This document shows, piece after piece, positions 39,341 to 52,869 of a stretch of 64,000 bases of DNA. The position numbers and the translations under genes are program-made. The DNA lies in contig NC_043000.1 in the NCBI RefSeq assembly GCF_006345805.1, positions 107,384,001-107,448,000 on the forward strand. Direction: 5' to 3'. Below the pieces are notes generated by a model that was not told the DNA's origin, made no database searches, and saw only the letters and a program-made list of their open reading frames with translations. The stretch's first letter is position 1. Every line of letters begins with the position of its first letter. This DNA is from Octopus sinensis (taxonomy: Eukaryota).

Positions 39341-40770
39341 CTAAGGAAAATTAAACAGGAATGGTAGAATGATAGAGCAAAAGGGGCACAAGAAACAGCT
39401 GACAGAAATGACGCCAAGGATTTATAATCTTATGTTAAGGAGGTATATGGCCTTAAATCTTTCTTCAATAGCTCCAGTGAGAACAGCAAATGGACGTTTG
39501 TTTCTGACTGACACCGCTTCTATTCATAAGCGCTGGGTAGAACGTCTTTCTGTACTTTTGAATAGACCATCATCTGCTGACATGAGGATGATAGAAAAAA
39601 TTAAACACCTTCCTGTTATAGAATAGATGGCATTTGAACCAACTGTAAATGACATTTATTTAGGTGTGAATAATCTGAATAACAATAAGTCTCCAGAGTT
39701 TGATGGAATCTGTGCAGAGATCTTGAAATATGGGGGTGACAAAATGCTTGAACTCTTAAATATGTTAATTTGTCACTTAGAGAATTGAGAAAATGCTTCA
39801 AGACTAGAATAATGCCAGTCTGTATAAAATGATGGAAATTTGGACACAGAAATATATCTGCAAATTCAAAGGGCAGTACAAGCATTTGGTGGCTTGGATT
39901 CACGCGTTTGGCGCCAACAGCATATAAATAATAATACAAAATTGGCTCTTAACAAATCATTTGTCTTATCATCTCATCCCTGTTGTATTCGTCTGAAACA
40001 TGGGCATGTTATGAAAGGCATTTCAAATTGTTAGAACAATTCCACAAAAAATGCTTTCATCGCATTTTAAATATTAAATGAAGTTATTTTACTCCAAACA
40101 CAGATGTCTTTGCGTCTGTCTGCAGGCATCACCTTAATTAAAGCAATGATTTTGAAAAACCAAATGAGATGGTGTGGCCATATTATTCAAATGGCGGATG
40201 AACGAACACCCAAACAGCTGTTTTATGGTGAGCTTGCAGAGGAGAAAGGCTATCAGTGTAAACCTAAAAAAAGAAGTTTAAGGACAACTATGAAGTCACT
40301 TGGAATGGATCCAGCGGACATAGAAACCCTTGCTTCGGATCGATCTGGATGGCATACAAAAGTGTGGAGTGGAGTAAAAGCGTTCGAAATGGCCAGGATA
40401 ACGCATGCAAGATTCAAGAGAGATTTAAAGAAGAAAGTTATGATCAAGAAGGCGAAACACAATGCTCTTTTGTGTGCACAGTTTGTGACAGACCATGCCT
40501 TTCATTTGCTGGGCTCAAATCTCATATGCGAACCCATGGGAAACGAACTTCCACCAACTATTCTGCCTATATGTCTGTGCACACTTTTCAATGCAATGTA
40601 TACTAGGCTTGCAAATCTAAAGGAGACCTCAAAAGACGTGTTAAGATGCGCAAAGATCAGAACTTAACTGCAGCTCTTGGTGGTCCAAATCGGATAAGCA
40701 ATCTATGTGGGTATCTTTTCAAAACACTGTCTGGTTTAACAAGCCACATCAGATGCCATGATTGTTCTAA
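39320..40770 (+). mobile_element. Degenerate RTE-clade LINE with C-terminal C2H2 fingers
   Basis: APVRTANGRLFLTD...RWVERLSVLLNRPS, then QMRWCGHIIQMADERTPKQLFYGEL, then CTVCDRPCLSFAGLKSHMRTH. Confidence 0.9.
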
Positions 40771-40970
40771 GGTATAGATACAAGAGGTGGTCAAACTCTG
40801 CACAAGGAGTAGACAACCATCTGGCATGTATGTATGATGGCTTACCAGTTCTGCTTGGCAAAAGATGTAGTAAAAATGGGCGCATTTTGCAGCAGGTGTT
40901 TAGAGAAGTTTCCACCCACGCCTTTATTCTATCATAGTGTTCTTATTGGGCCTTTTGTCTTTTTCTACAG

Positions 40971-41027
40971 CCAAGGTACGAATCGAACCGGGCACGAATC
41001 GAATCTTCAGTCTATGAATATATATAA
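40971..41027 (+). CDS. Candidate terminal coding exon PRYESNRARIESSVYEYI*
   Basis: Very strong acceptor ccttttgtctttttctacag|. The phase-0 reading joins exon 28303 and stops at TAA 41025-41027. A phase-2 reading is also open. Confidence 0.45.
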   Translation, partial: PRYESNRARIESSVYEYI

Positions 41028-41296
41028 ATACAGTAAGGACTATTTGCTGACGTGCCACGGCGATGAAATGTAAGATTAAATTCAATAGCGAATTAAAAGC
41101 AGTGATAGTGGTACAAACATTATCGATCGTTCAAACTCAATGTACCTTGATTCTGGTAGGTGGTGGTAATAAGTCACAGAAGTGGTGAAATACCGGTAGC
41201 CATCAGTCCTGAATTCGATCCAAAGCAACTCATCTTGCCCGTCTACGACTTTCAGGTTTTATAACACAGCACAATGTGGGAGTCGTCCCCAAGTGC

Positions 41297-41510
41297 TATA
41301 CTGCAACGAATCTGGCTTTGAAGGATATGGCGAAAGGCCTGGTTGGAGTCCAACCTTCCGGTTTTTTTTACTGGGGTGAGAAAAACTGAAGGACCGGTGC
41401 AATAAATGTGTGAATCTGAGAAGGGAATATCTTGAAGACAATCATAATTAACTGACCCACTTGTATTTTCTTTTATACCAAAATTGAGGAATTTTTTAAC
41501 ACCTCTTATG
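41297..41510 (+). mobile_element. Mariner-derived MITE, diverged relative of 14540-14759
   Basis: gaaaggcctggttggagtccaacc...ctgaaggaccggtgcaataaatgtgtgaatctgaga (KLKDRCNKCVNLRREY). Confidence 0.75.
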
Positions 41511-42189
41511 TATATATATATAATATATATATATATATATTATATATATATATATATATTATGTTTATATGTAAAGCTGTTCGTGTATAGTGATAATTTA
41601 CGGTAGGCAGTCATCCAAGAACAAATGTTTCGGAGAAATGTTGTTTCTTTCTGTTTTGGATGTACAGCTATATCTAATACTACTAACCAATATTGTTTTA
41701 CGACAGTCACAAAATTAGTATTTGTCTTTCACTTAATAAATAACGGAAGAGACAAGAGACATTATCGATTTTCGCTTTTAGCATTTTAAGGTCATCTATC
41801 GGATATCGATTATTTTTTATCGATCCGGTGATAACTAAGCATCTGGCTATTTCAGCAGGATTTAATGTGTGAATTTTAATAATATATCGACTCATGTGTT
41901 AGATAAGTGTCTCAACTTAGAATTATTAAATGAAAAATCATGGCAGTAAGTTGCTGAAAGTCTTTCGGAAAAAGCCAAGTTGATTATATTTCCGACTGCA
42001 AGTCGAGCTTTCGGAATTTGTGACTGGCAATGTGCTTTGTCTTTATGTAAGATATTTGTCTCGCGATGGGCTTCTTTATCACTTGGTTAATTCCTATTTT
42101 AATCCAGTAGAAAACCAAAGTATACGACCTGTTACTTTATTGAAGCCTTTCATTTCTGTATAATATTTCACAACAAATGCAAGTCATAC

Positions 42190-42291
<102 letters not shown>

Positions 42292-42932
42292 GTTGTGTTG
42301 TCTGTGTGTCTGCTGTCTGTCTACATATCTGCCTGTGTGTCTCTGTCTATCACAAATCTGCACATATATCTACATACAAGGATGAACCAGTACATGTGAG
42401 CATTTCTAGAAATGTATTTTCCCTAATGAAAAAGGTGGTGTCCTATAATATATGTAAATATCTTTTTACATCTATTATATGGAGGACAACCGGACCTCCA
42501 GAAACGGCCGTAGGATTAACAATTGGATTAGTAATAGCCAAACTTCTTTTATTATAGACTCTTAACTCTTTTTATGAATTCGTTTTATAATGTGTAAGTT
42601 GACCTATATATGTATTTATTTTTTCAATATATTTTTAATATATATATTTATATATTTTTAATGTATTGATTACTCTATATATGTTTATATATCTATATAT
42701 TTTTGATATGTTTGAAGTATTGAATAAACTTTCGGAGAAATTCATGCATGTTGGATCAAAGGCTGAATAAATATAAATGTATATGTGAACTTGATTTGCC
42801 TAACTTTGATTCTTACTTCTGCATTATTCTAACGCCTCAGGTTTGAATAACTTGAGCACTTCAAAGTGAAGTCTATACATTAGAAAAATTTTTCCTTATA
42901 ATCATATATATAAATATGTATTATACATATAC

Positions 42933-43026
<94 letters not shown>

Positions 43027-43029
<3 letters not shown>

Positions 43030-43466
43030 AAGCACTCCGTCGGTTACGACGACGAGGGTTCCGGTTGATCCGATCAACGGAACAGCCTGCTCGTGAAATT
43101 AACAATAAAGAAATAAGAAACGTTAGCACGCCGGGCGAAATGCAAAGCGGTTAACGTTCTGAGTTCAATTCAGACGTGGTGGACTTTGCCTTTCATCCTT
43201 TCGGAGTCGATAAATTTAGTACTAGTTGCGGGGATATTCAGCGTGACAGAGAGTGACAAGTCCGGCCCTTGAAATACAGGTACACACGAAACAGGAAGTA
43301 AGAGTGAGAGAAGTTGTGGTGAAAGAGTACAGCAGGGATCACCACCTCGTGGAGCTTTAGTTTTTTCGCTCAATAAACACTCACACCCCGCCCGGTCTGG
43401 GAATCCAAACCGCAATCCTACGACCGCGAGTCCACTGCCCTAACCACTGGGCCATTGCGCCCTCAC
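43027..43466 (-). mobile_element. tRNA-derived SINE family C, interrupted by a family A fragment (about 43100-43225)
   Basis: The minus-strand head gaggcgcaatggcccagtggttagggcagtggactcgcggtcgtaggattgcggtttggattcccagacc has A- and B-box-like motifs. Confidence 0.8.
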
Positions 43467-43477
43467 ACACACACATA

Positions 43478-43512
<35 letters not shown>

Positions 43513-43541
43513 ATATAATAATATATATATATGTTATATAT

Positions 43542-43609
<68 letters not shown>

Positions 43610-44214
43610 CATACACACACACACATGCACAGAATAAAATTCACTAACAAACACGTTTGGATTTAAATATAGATTTCTCCTCATGTGTCTAAGTATATTC
43701 TTGATTTCATATATACGCATTATGTACGCCTCGATAAACATACACATAGGTACACCCGCACGCACTTGAACACACACACACACACACACATACGTATATA
43801 TACGTACAAACATACATACTTGCACATACATGTATAACCCTATACACAGCCGAACGCGCACCTGCTGTGAATATGGAAGACGCAGACACACACACGCATT
43901 AATACAGACAAAACTTACACGTACACATACACACGCGTGCACACACCCAATCACACATACACAAACAAACACACACACACACATGTAATAATTTATACAT
44001 GCGGGTGTATAAATGCGAAACGAAATATAAATGATAATACATTAGCAATGCTGAAGTATTTCATTACAAAACGAAATCAAATATATTAAGATATTAAAAC
44101 ACTAGAGAACTTAATACATTAAGAAATTGAAGCTTAAACAGAAATGTAGTTCATCTACAGATGTTTAAAAGCAGAATAGTGAATGCACTAAAGCAGTCTA
44201 TTAATTCTTTTCTA

Positions 44215-44627
44215 CTTTAGGCACAAGGCCCGAAATATTTTGGGGAGAGAGGCCAGTCGATTAGATCGACCCCGGTACGCAACTAGTACTTAATTTATCG
44301 ACTCCGAAAGGATGAAAGGCAAAGTCCACCTCGTCGGAATTTGAACTCAGAACGTTAAGACAGACGATTTACCGCTTTGCATTTCGCCCGGCGTGCTAAC
44401 GTTTCTTATTTCTTTATTGTCTACAAGGGGCTAAACATAGAGGTGACAGACAAAGAGATTAAGTCGATTACATTAACCCCAGTGCGTGACTGGTACTTTA
44501 TCGACCCAGAGAGGATGAAAAGCAAAGTCGACCTCGGCGGAATTTGAACTTAGAACGTAACGGTAGACGGCATACCGCTAAGCATTTCGCCCGGCGTGCT
44601 AACGTTTCTGCCAGCTCACCGCCTTAA
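44215..44627 (-). mobile_element. SINE family A, tandem dimer
   Basis: Two units on the minus strand, ending ctcaccgcctt. Confidence 0.9.
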
Positions 44628-44649
44628 GCAGTCTAAATGTGCGCAGGCA

Positions 44650-45068
44650 GTGGGGCGAGCCGGCAGAAACGTTAGCACGCCGGGCGAAATGCTTAGCGGT
44701 ATGCCGTCTGCCGTTACGTTCTGAGTTCAAATTCGCCAAGGTCGACTTTGCTTTTCATCCTTTCTGGGTCGATTAAATAAGTACCAGCTACGCACTGGGT
44801 CGATATAATCGGCTTAATCCGTTTGTCTGTCCTTGTTTGTCCCCTCTGTGTTTAACCCCTTGTGGTTAGTAAAGAAATAGGTACTTCGTCTGCCGTTACT
44901 TTCTGAGTTCAAATTCCGCTGAGATCGACTTTGCCTTTCTTCTTTCCGGGTTCGATTAAATAAGTAGCAGTTACGCACTGGGGTCGATGTAATCGGCTTA
45001 ATCTCTTTGTCTGTCCTTGTTTGTCCCCTCTATGTTTATCTCCCCCACTGTGGGTCTATAAAGAAATA
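44650..45068 (+). mobile_element. SINE family A, tandem dimer, head-to-head with the previous element
   Basis: Head gggcgagccggcagaaac and junction gtaaagaaataggtacttcgtctg. Confidence 0.9.
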
Positions 45069-45069
45069 A

Positions 45070-45310
45070 AATGGATTAGTGGTTAGGGTCTTGCATTCAT
45101 GAATGAGAGATCGTGGTTTCAATTCCCAGACTGGGTGTTCTGTTTGTGTTCCTCAACGAAACACTTCATTTCATGTTGCTCTACAATCGTTTCGTCATCT
45201 AACATTGGGCACGTCGTGTACCTCTACAGGTTATGTCAATTTGATGGTGAGAGTGAAGTAATGTACAGCATATATATTTGATCACTATAAACAATTCATC
45301 CGTGCAGGTT
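45070..45310 (+). mobile_element. Degenerate tRNA-derived SINE
   Basis: agtggttagggtcttgc...ggtttcaattcccagactggg resembles an A/B-box head. Confidence 0.6.
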
Positions 45311-45671
45311 GTTCAAAAATAAACTTACATGATCCATAAAATGACTGAGAAGTAAAACAAACTTTGGTACTGGAGAGACGAGAAATCTTTCCGAATATGT
45401 TAATAAACGATAATTAAAAACAGAATGAAAACAAATTAACATATTCTTGTTATCAAGCTGCGGCCATGCTGGAGCATCGCCTTGCAGAGGTTTAATCGAA
45501 TGAATCGACCCCAGTCCCTTTTTTAAACCTGGTACTTATTCTGTCGGTATCTTTGCTGAACCGCTAGGTAACAGAGACGGAAACAAACCAACATCGATTG
45601 TCAAGCAGCGGTGGCAGGAGACAAACACATACATACATACATACATACATACACAAAAAACTAAACATATA

Positions 45672-45777
45672 CTGCGTGGCACCTTGAGCAAGTGTCTTCT
45701 ACTATAGCCTTGGGCCAACCAAAGCCTTGTGAGTGGATTTGGTAGACAGAAACTGAAAGAAGCACGTCGTATATATG

Positions 45778-45826
<49 letters not shown>

Positions 45827-46062
45827 GTGCGCCAGCGTGTGTGTATGTTTGTGTGTCTGTGTTTGTATCCTCCCCCCAACATCGCTTGACAACCAATGCT
45901 GGTGTGTTTACGTTCTCGTAACTTAGCGGTTCGGCAAAAATGACCGATAGAATAAGTACTAGGCTTGCAAAGAATAAGTCCTGGGGTCTATTTGCTCGAC
46001 TAAAGGCGGTGCTCCAGCATGGCCGCAGTCAATTGACTGAAACAAGTAAAAGAATAAAAGAG
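45672..46062 (+). mobile_element. SINE family B, 5'-truncated, between duplicated flanks
   Basis: ctgcgtggcaccttgagcaag through to the tail gaaacaagtaaaagaataaaagag. Confidence 0.88.
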
Positions 46063-46985
46063 TAAACGATAATCAAAAACAGATTAAAAACAAATTAACA
46101 TATTCTAGTCATCAAGCTGCGGCCATGCTGGGGCATCGCCTTGCAGAGGTTTAATCGAATGAATCGACCCTTTTTAAACCTGGTACTTATTCTGTCGGTA
46201 TCTTTGCTGAACCGCTATGTTACAGAGACGGTAACAAAACCAACACCGATTGTCAAGCGGTGGCAGAAGATAAACACAGACATGCATACAAAAAAACCCC
46301 AAAAAAACTAAACACATGTATATACAAAAAAAATGCAAAACAAAACAAAAAACAAAATAAAGGAAAAATTGAACGGGGTGTGTTAAATTACGAAAGTATC
46401 AAATTGTGGAACGTTGTTTTTTTTTTTTTTTTGCAACACTGAAGTAGATATTAACCCAGTTCTTTTGGCAAAGTAGAAATTAAAACGGACGTATTTATTT
46501 TATTAAGTTTCAGCAAGGTAAAATGTTATCAAAACTGAAATATCGTGTAAAAACGCGATGAAATTTTAGCTGAAAGTTTCGTGTTTATATTATGGCGTGT
46601 CTTAAGCAAGTCACTCTGTCATAAAGCAAGCTCTAACCTGAGGCTACTGTCTATAAATGTTAGTACAATTAGAAAGTTGAATAAATTTATAAAATTCGTG
46701 GATGAAGTAAATTTGTTTGTTAGAGCAATTTTACATTATTTGCCTGTTTATTTTATAGATTTTTTTAAAGAATTTTTATTTACCTATATGTTTTAAAGTT
46801 CGAATTTTGTTTTTGCTTCTTTTCCCCTTTTTTTTTCTCACGTTTCCTTTCAATCAAAATTTAACCTGGAGCACAGTTCTTGACTTGCACAGAGCTCGCT
46901 GTAAATCATTGGTTGTATTCGGCACTCACATCGGGGGGAATTATACCATACATCCACAAGCATACTCTCTCGCGCGCACACACAT

Positions 46986-47026
<41 letters not shown>

Positions 47027-47328
47027 CGCACATAAACACAAACACACACTCATGCACACATACATATATGCACCTATATATATGCATGTGTGTACACACG
47101 CACACACAGACACAGACACACAGACAGACACAGACACAGACACTCAGACACACACACACGCACACACACACACACACTCACATATATATATATATACATA
47201 TATGTTTGAATGTATATCCGTACGTGTACTTGTATGTGCGTGCGTATTCATGCATATGTATATATATACAGTGACATAAACGTACACTTATAAGCGTGCA
47301 TATCTACCTATCTATGTATGTATCTATA

Positions 47329-47396
<68 letters not shown>

Positions 47397-47417
47397 AGTT
47401 AATAAATCAATCAATCC

Positions 47418-47509
<92 letters not shown>

Positions 47510-47556
47510 GTCTTAATCTATGTATCTATTCATCCATCTATATATATTCGTCGGTG

Positions 47557-47587
<31 letters not shown>

Positions 47588-48022
47588 ATGCATGTGTGCG
47601 TGCGTATGTATATATATGTGTGTGTGTATTTGTGTGTGTACACGCTTACACAGACATATATACATGTATGAAACACAAAAAAATGTGTGACTGTCTGAAA
47701 CATTATCCGTTGGAGAAAATTACGTGCCCAAAATGTTTATTTAAATCATTGTTGTTAATACTAATTAGAAATTTTGCTAGCAACAATGTTTATTTTGACG
47801 AAATTTCTCGGAATCTCTAGAATCAACAAAATCAGGCAGTTTTCTATTTATCATTTGTCTCTTTTGTTTTCTGTGTCTTCCATTTTTTTTCGTTGTTTCT
47901 GCTGTTGTGCAAGTTGTTGTCACGTATTCTTTTACTGTTTTTAAAAACTCTTTGGGGTTGTGATGAGTGTTTGTGATGCGCAAGACCTGCTTAAAAGTTC
48001 TTTTATATGAAAGTATACTTAC

Positions 48023-48055
48023 CTTGGCTCTGAAAGAATTCTGGATTCATGATAC
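48023..48055 (-). CDS. Candidate 33-nt minus-strand exon (G)IMNPEFFQSQ, phase 1 to 1 or ATG-bearing
   Basis: Acceptor tgttcatttcag| and consensus donor CAAG|GTAAGT, with an open frame. No partner exon was confirmed. Confidence 0.4.
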
Positions 48056-48295
48056 CTGAAATGAACATACAGGAATAACTGTAATGAGGCCGGTGACGCC
48101 CGGTTTGGACGAAATCGCAACATTTCCTTTGTCTTACATGCTCTTTCTAGGATGACTAGAATATCCTGTCTAGAAGTAACGTATTATCCGAAGATTAACA
48201 GATGTTCTGTCTACGAGTACAACATATTCTGGTAAGGAATGATGAAATATTCTGACTAAAGATACTAGCATCTTCTGCATAGAAAGAATGGTTTG

Positions 48296-48479
48296 AAATT
48301 TTGGAGCAGGTAAGTCGATTACATCGACCCCAGTGCTTAACTGGTACTTATTTTATCGACGTTGAAAGAATGAAAGGCAAAGTCGACCTCGGCGGAATTT
48401 GAACTCAGAACGTAACGGCAGACGAGATACAGCTACGCATTTCGCCCGGCGTGCTAACGTTTCTGCCAGCTCGCCGCCT
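48296..48479 (-). mobile_element. SINE family A
   Basis: Reverse-complement match ending gccagctcgccgcctt. Confidence 0.88.
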
Positions 48480-49691
48480 TTTTTCTTGCAAGGAAAAGCG
48501 GAGGCAATTAAAAAAATATCAGAAAGACAAAATGTTAAACATTTAGTTCGGCGTGCTAAAGATATTATTTCTACACTGAAAGTGTAGAAATAATATTATG
48601 TTTTGTCTCAGAGTAACTGCATGTTCTGGTTAGGAGTAATAGAGTGTTCTAGTTACGAGTAGCCACACTACAATTGTTTTAGAATAACTCTACAATTATA
48701 TCTTACTCATAGTTAATTGATTTATATTGTTTTTAGACTTCATTTTCCTCGATCGCTAATCGCTGGATGGCTAATCAGAGGAAAGATTATAGTTAAGGGT
48801 TATAAGTGTATCGCTAAAAAAGTGGTCCTGATCGCTGAAAAACTGATGACATCTAAATAAGCTGAAAAATATGGATTCATCAGTTGATAAACCCGTGTTT
48901 TCTTTCAAGGATCTGTAACTAAAAGATTGTCTCAGAATAGCTCCTGAGATACTTTTCACAATTTTAATTATGATTAATGCATATATCTTATAATGTGTTG
49001 GGTAATTTTGTTAAGATTGATTGGCCATGTAACTGAAATAAACTTAGTTTCAGTCGGGAAAATCATTTGGGAGTCGTTTCGCCGATTGCTTATGTTTTGA
49101 TCAGCTTCCACCGCTATATATGCAAGAACTAATAAAGAATATATAATTGCATTAAACAATCAGGAACTTTTGGAATCAATTGAACTGTGCACTCTAGCAT
49201 ATAAGTGAGTAATAGCTGCTGTATGCCAATTCAGGATATATAAGCCAGCAGTTCGGTAACTGATCTACCCGTCTAATACATTTTAACAAAAATATTGATA
49301 AATGATCAAAAGCTGTGGAGACAGATGTCAAGATAGTAAATCAAAAATTTGTGTTCATTGTTTGTTAAAAGGAGATTATATCGGACACGACGGTTCGCAG
49401 ATTACAATGTGAAAAAGGAGGTATATTCTTTTCATAAATTCGTAGAGTACTACAGTTCAGTTCCGACGAAAGCGAGAAATATATCTATTTACTTTCAATC
49501 AGTTGTAAGATAGCAAGATAGTTGTTTCTGAGTATGGTCAAATGTGCTATTTTTTGTATTGGAAAGGAATTAGTTGTAATTTTCAAACCGTGAGAAGTTT
49601 ATCAAGGTAAAAATAGTGTAGTCAAAAAAAAAAAGTAGGAAAATAAATTCTCTAAGACGTATCATAATGTGTTTGTGTGTGTATGTGTGTG

Positions 49692-49728
<37 letters not shown>

Positions 49729-49729
49729 C

Positions 49730-49760
<31 letters not shown>

Positions 49761-50379
49761 GGAAAGTAAGAGAGTACTAATGGCATGTAAGCTGGTTGAT
49801 GAGGCAGTGACAGAGTGAAAAGGAGGATGAGAAAATGTGTATGCATGCTAAACTAACACTGGTTGGTAAACCGACGCTTTGCTGAGACAGTAAGTTCCCT
49901 TTTAATTGTTCTCTGTTTAGAACTTTCCTAACTATACGCGTCAGCGAACGGATCGCAAAGAATTTACTGAGCCGTGCTTATTGGCCAGTTACAGGCAATA
50001 AAATTAATCAAGTTGAATTTGATATACTAGTTCATCTTTCGGCGCAAATTTATACCTGAAATAAATTTGAACTGAATTTTAGCTATTTCTTCTATGGCTG
50101 CTATTACTGATTTTATGTATCTTTCTGTAGAGAAATACCACGGAGAACTAAATTAATAATGATGAACTCATTACACTTCATTTCGATATTTTGTGGATTG
50201 GTAGTGAGTAATAGAACAACTTATCAATTGCTTCACAGTATTCTGTCAGTTGCGTCTCTGTGAAGGTAGAGTTTATATATCACTGCAGTCAATTTTAATT
50301 TTCACAATAACTTGTCAAATATGGGACGATACCCTTAAAAAGAGTGGGTTTGTACGTCAATGTCAGGGAAACTATTCAA

Positions 50380-51010
50380 TCTCGAACTGCTTTAGATAAG
50401 CGGTAGATTTTATTCGTGGTCAGGTTTAATAAGCTGGCCTGGTCCTTCAGTGCCTTTAGAGAAGTCCATTCAGTTGCAAGCATTCGGCGCTAGGTTCTCC
50501 GTTTGAAGATTTCAACCACTAATATTTACTGAGATCCTTAGTGAGACCCAGTGGAATATTGCATCCACGTCTGGGCTGGTATGCTGCTAAACACGCAAAA
50601 TATTCTGGAGCGCATCCAAAGAAAGACAACACGATTAATTGGCATAAATTTACTCTTACTCATATATACACTCCAACTCTGATCTACAACGAACGGTCTT
50701 CGCTTTCTTCCTATTTTTTTTTTACCAGCTAGCTGGTCATGCACCTTCTCCACTCGTGCATTCCTGATTTATTCGAGCTTCTTCCACTCATCATCTTTGT
50801 TGTATCAAAACTTGCTGGCTACGCACAAAACACTGTGTTTTCTTCTCCCGTACATTGCCCCACATCTTGCTGGAACTTTTTCGGTACTCATGACTATCCC
50901 AGAGCTGCCGTCTTATAGTAAATTAAACGGAACATTACTGCATCAACGACATCGAACTCGGAGGGCTTGCAAAGGCCGGAGCATTACCTTTTCATTCAGA
51001 CCCAGCAAGT
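50380..51010 (+). mobile_element. Old L2/CR1-group LINE 3' remnant
   Basis: With a frameshift it reads VRP-EYCIHVWAG...LERIQRKTTRLIG. Confidence 0.65.
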
Positions 51011-51122
51011 ATAAAGGAAGGCAGAAAAAAGAAAGAAAATGTCAGAAAGATGCAAATGGACTTTTACTACAATTACTTTAGAAATCTAAGAACATGGCAA
51101 TATAATTAATCAACATTATATA

Positions 51123-51162
<40 letters not shown>

Positions 51163-51989
51163 TATATATATAAGTGCCAAACTTCTTAATGAAGGACAAA
51201 ATTAAAAGCCCCAAAAGACACGAATTCCTTATCACTGAAATAATAATTTCTCCTACACGTTTCTTAGAAATCAGCAATTTAAAATATCTAACAACATTTC
51301 TTATTAAATCACTAATGAATAAAGTGATGTTTCTTGTAAGGAGTCGATCAGTCTAAGATAACATCAATTTATATTTAGAAGTACACTGTTAATTAGCTTG
51401 TTAGTCTTTGATGTACAACTTTGATAAAAAAAATATCTGACAATCTAAATTTAAATATTAAATTGACACATGAAATACTTCAAGAAAGATTTTGGTGAAT
51501 GTCATAAATTATGTGGAGACGGAATCCCCAGTTGACGTAGCTTGCTGTCTCATGATTAGACGATTGGAGTTCTAAATACCTGTTTGACTTCCTAGAAATA
51601 GCAACAAAATTATCTCTCGGATCACATTCTACTGTCTTTAAAAGTCGAGACGGAATCTGGGCAATGTAGTCCTTGATGAACTACATACGCAAAACAAACA
51701 AAAAAAAAATGGTGTGGTCTTAGTTGGAACAACTTTGCTCCTAGTTCCTAGGTCTGTGCGATGACGGTTGACATGGGAACAAAGAACACCAGCAGCAGCC
51801 GTCCAAGAATTTGGACCTGGAGATCTTCATTTCCAGTGACTTCGAGGGCCACCTCCCAGTGGTGTCGGGTGTCAACAAAGAGCCCTCGACTACAACAAGA
51901 TGACCAAAGTTTCTTTTCTTTCCAAGGTCTGGGGTCTCCCGCCCCTAAGCCCTAGACCATCACCTAATCACCCTTACCCGTCTTGTTGC

Positions 51990-52210
51990 TTAACAACAAC
52001 AACAGCAGCAGCAGCAGCGGTGGCGGTGACGGCAGCAGCAGCAACAGCAGCAGCTCCACCACCAACACCATCACCACCACCACCACCACCACCACCACCA
52101 CCACCACCACCACCACCATCATCATCATCATCGTCACTGTAGTCGTCGACGCGCTCACCACCATCATCACCACGACACGACGACCACGACGACCACGACG
52201 ACTACCATCA
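51990..52210. repeat. (CAA/CAG/CAC/CAT)n compound microsatellite
   Basis: Visible triplet runs. Confidence 0.9.
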
Positions 52211-52599
52211 TTATCATCTACAGTAGCAGAAGCAGCAGTATCATTTCCAATTCTATCCTCAGCAACGCTGTTCGATTGGATTCCATGTAACAAAAGTTTT
52301 CAGACATCGTCATTCTTAGACTTTATGCTTTGCTGGAGAAGCAATGGTAAATCAGTTCCAGTGCATACATCCTTAGAATATCATGGATATATTCTTCATT
52401 TCGTATTCAACATCAGCAATAGTCAGGACAAACTCCATCAATGTTCTTAAGAATGTCCTTAGAAATATTTATATCTTCTATTTTCAGTGGCACGTATACA
52501 TTTTAAAACATAAGCACACATATGCAGACCGACACAAGTACATAGGCACAGAATCACAGACACAGTAAACATACATACATGAAAGCACACGCGCACACA

Positions 52600-52639
<40 letters not shown>

Positions 52640-52869
52640 GCGTATGCATACATGGACGCACGCACATACATATATTAAGTATTTCTTATTTCTTTATTGA
52701 AATTCCTATAGGGATGGTAAGCCTGGTATCATTTTCAAATAGGTTTCAGTACCTTTTTTTCTTATCACTCCTAGAGATCCTACAATCACTGGTACTGTAG
52801 TCGCCTTGAGGTGCCACATTGTTTCAATTTCTATTAGCAAGTCTTTATATTTAATTAATTAATAAATAA

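Noticed and set aside
40349-40606. Host C2H2 zinc-finger gene
   Set aside because: It is continuous with the RTE ORF tail and degenerate, so it is better explained as part of the retroelement.
48974-49159. Signal-peptide-like minus ORF
   Set aside because: It starts at TTG directly after a stop, and has no convincing donor.
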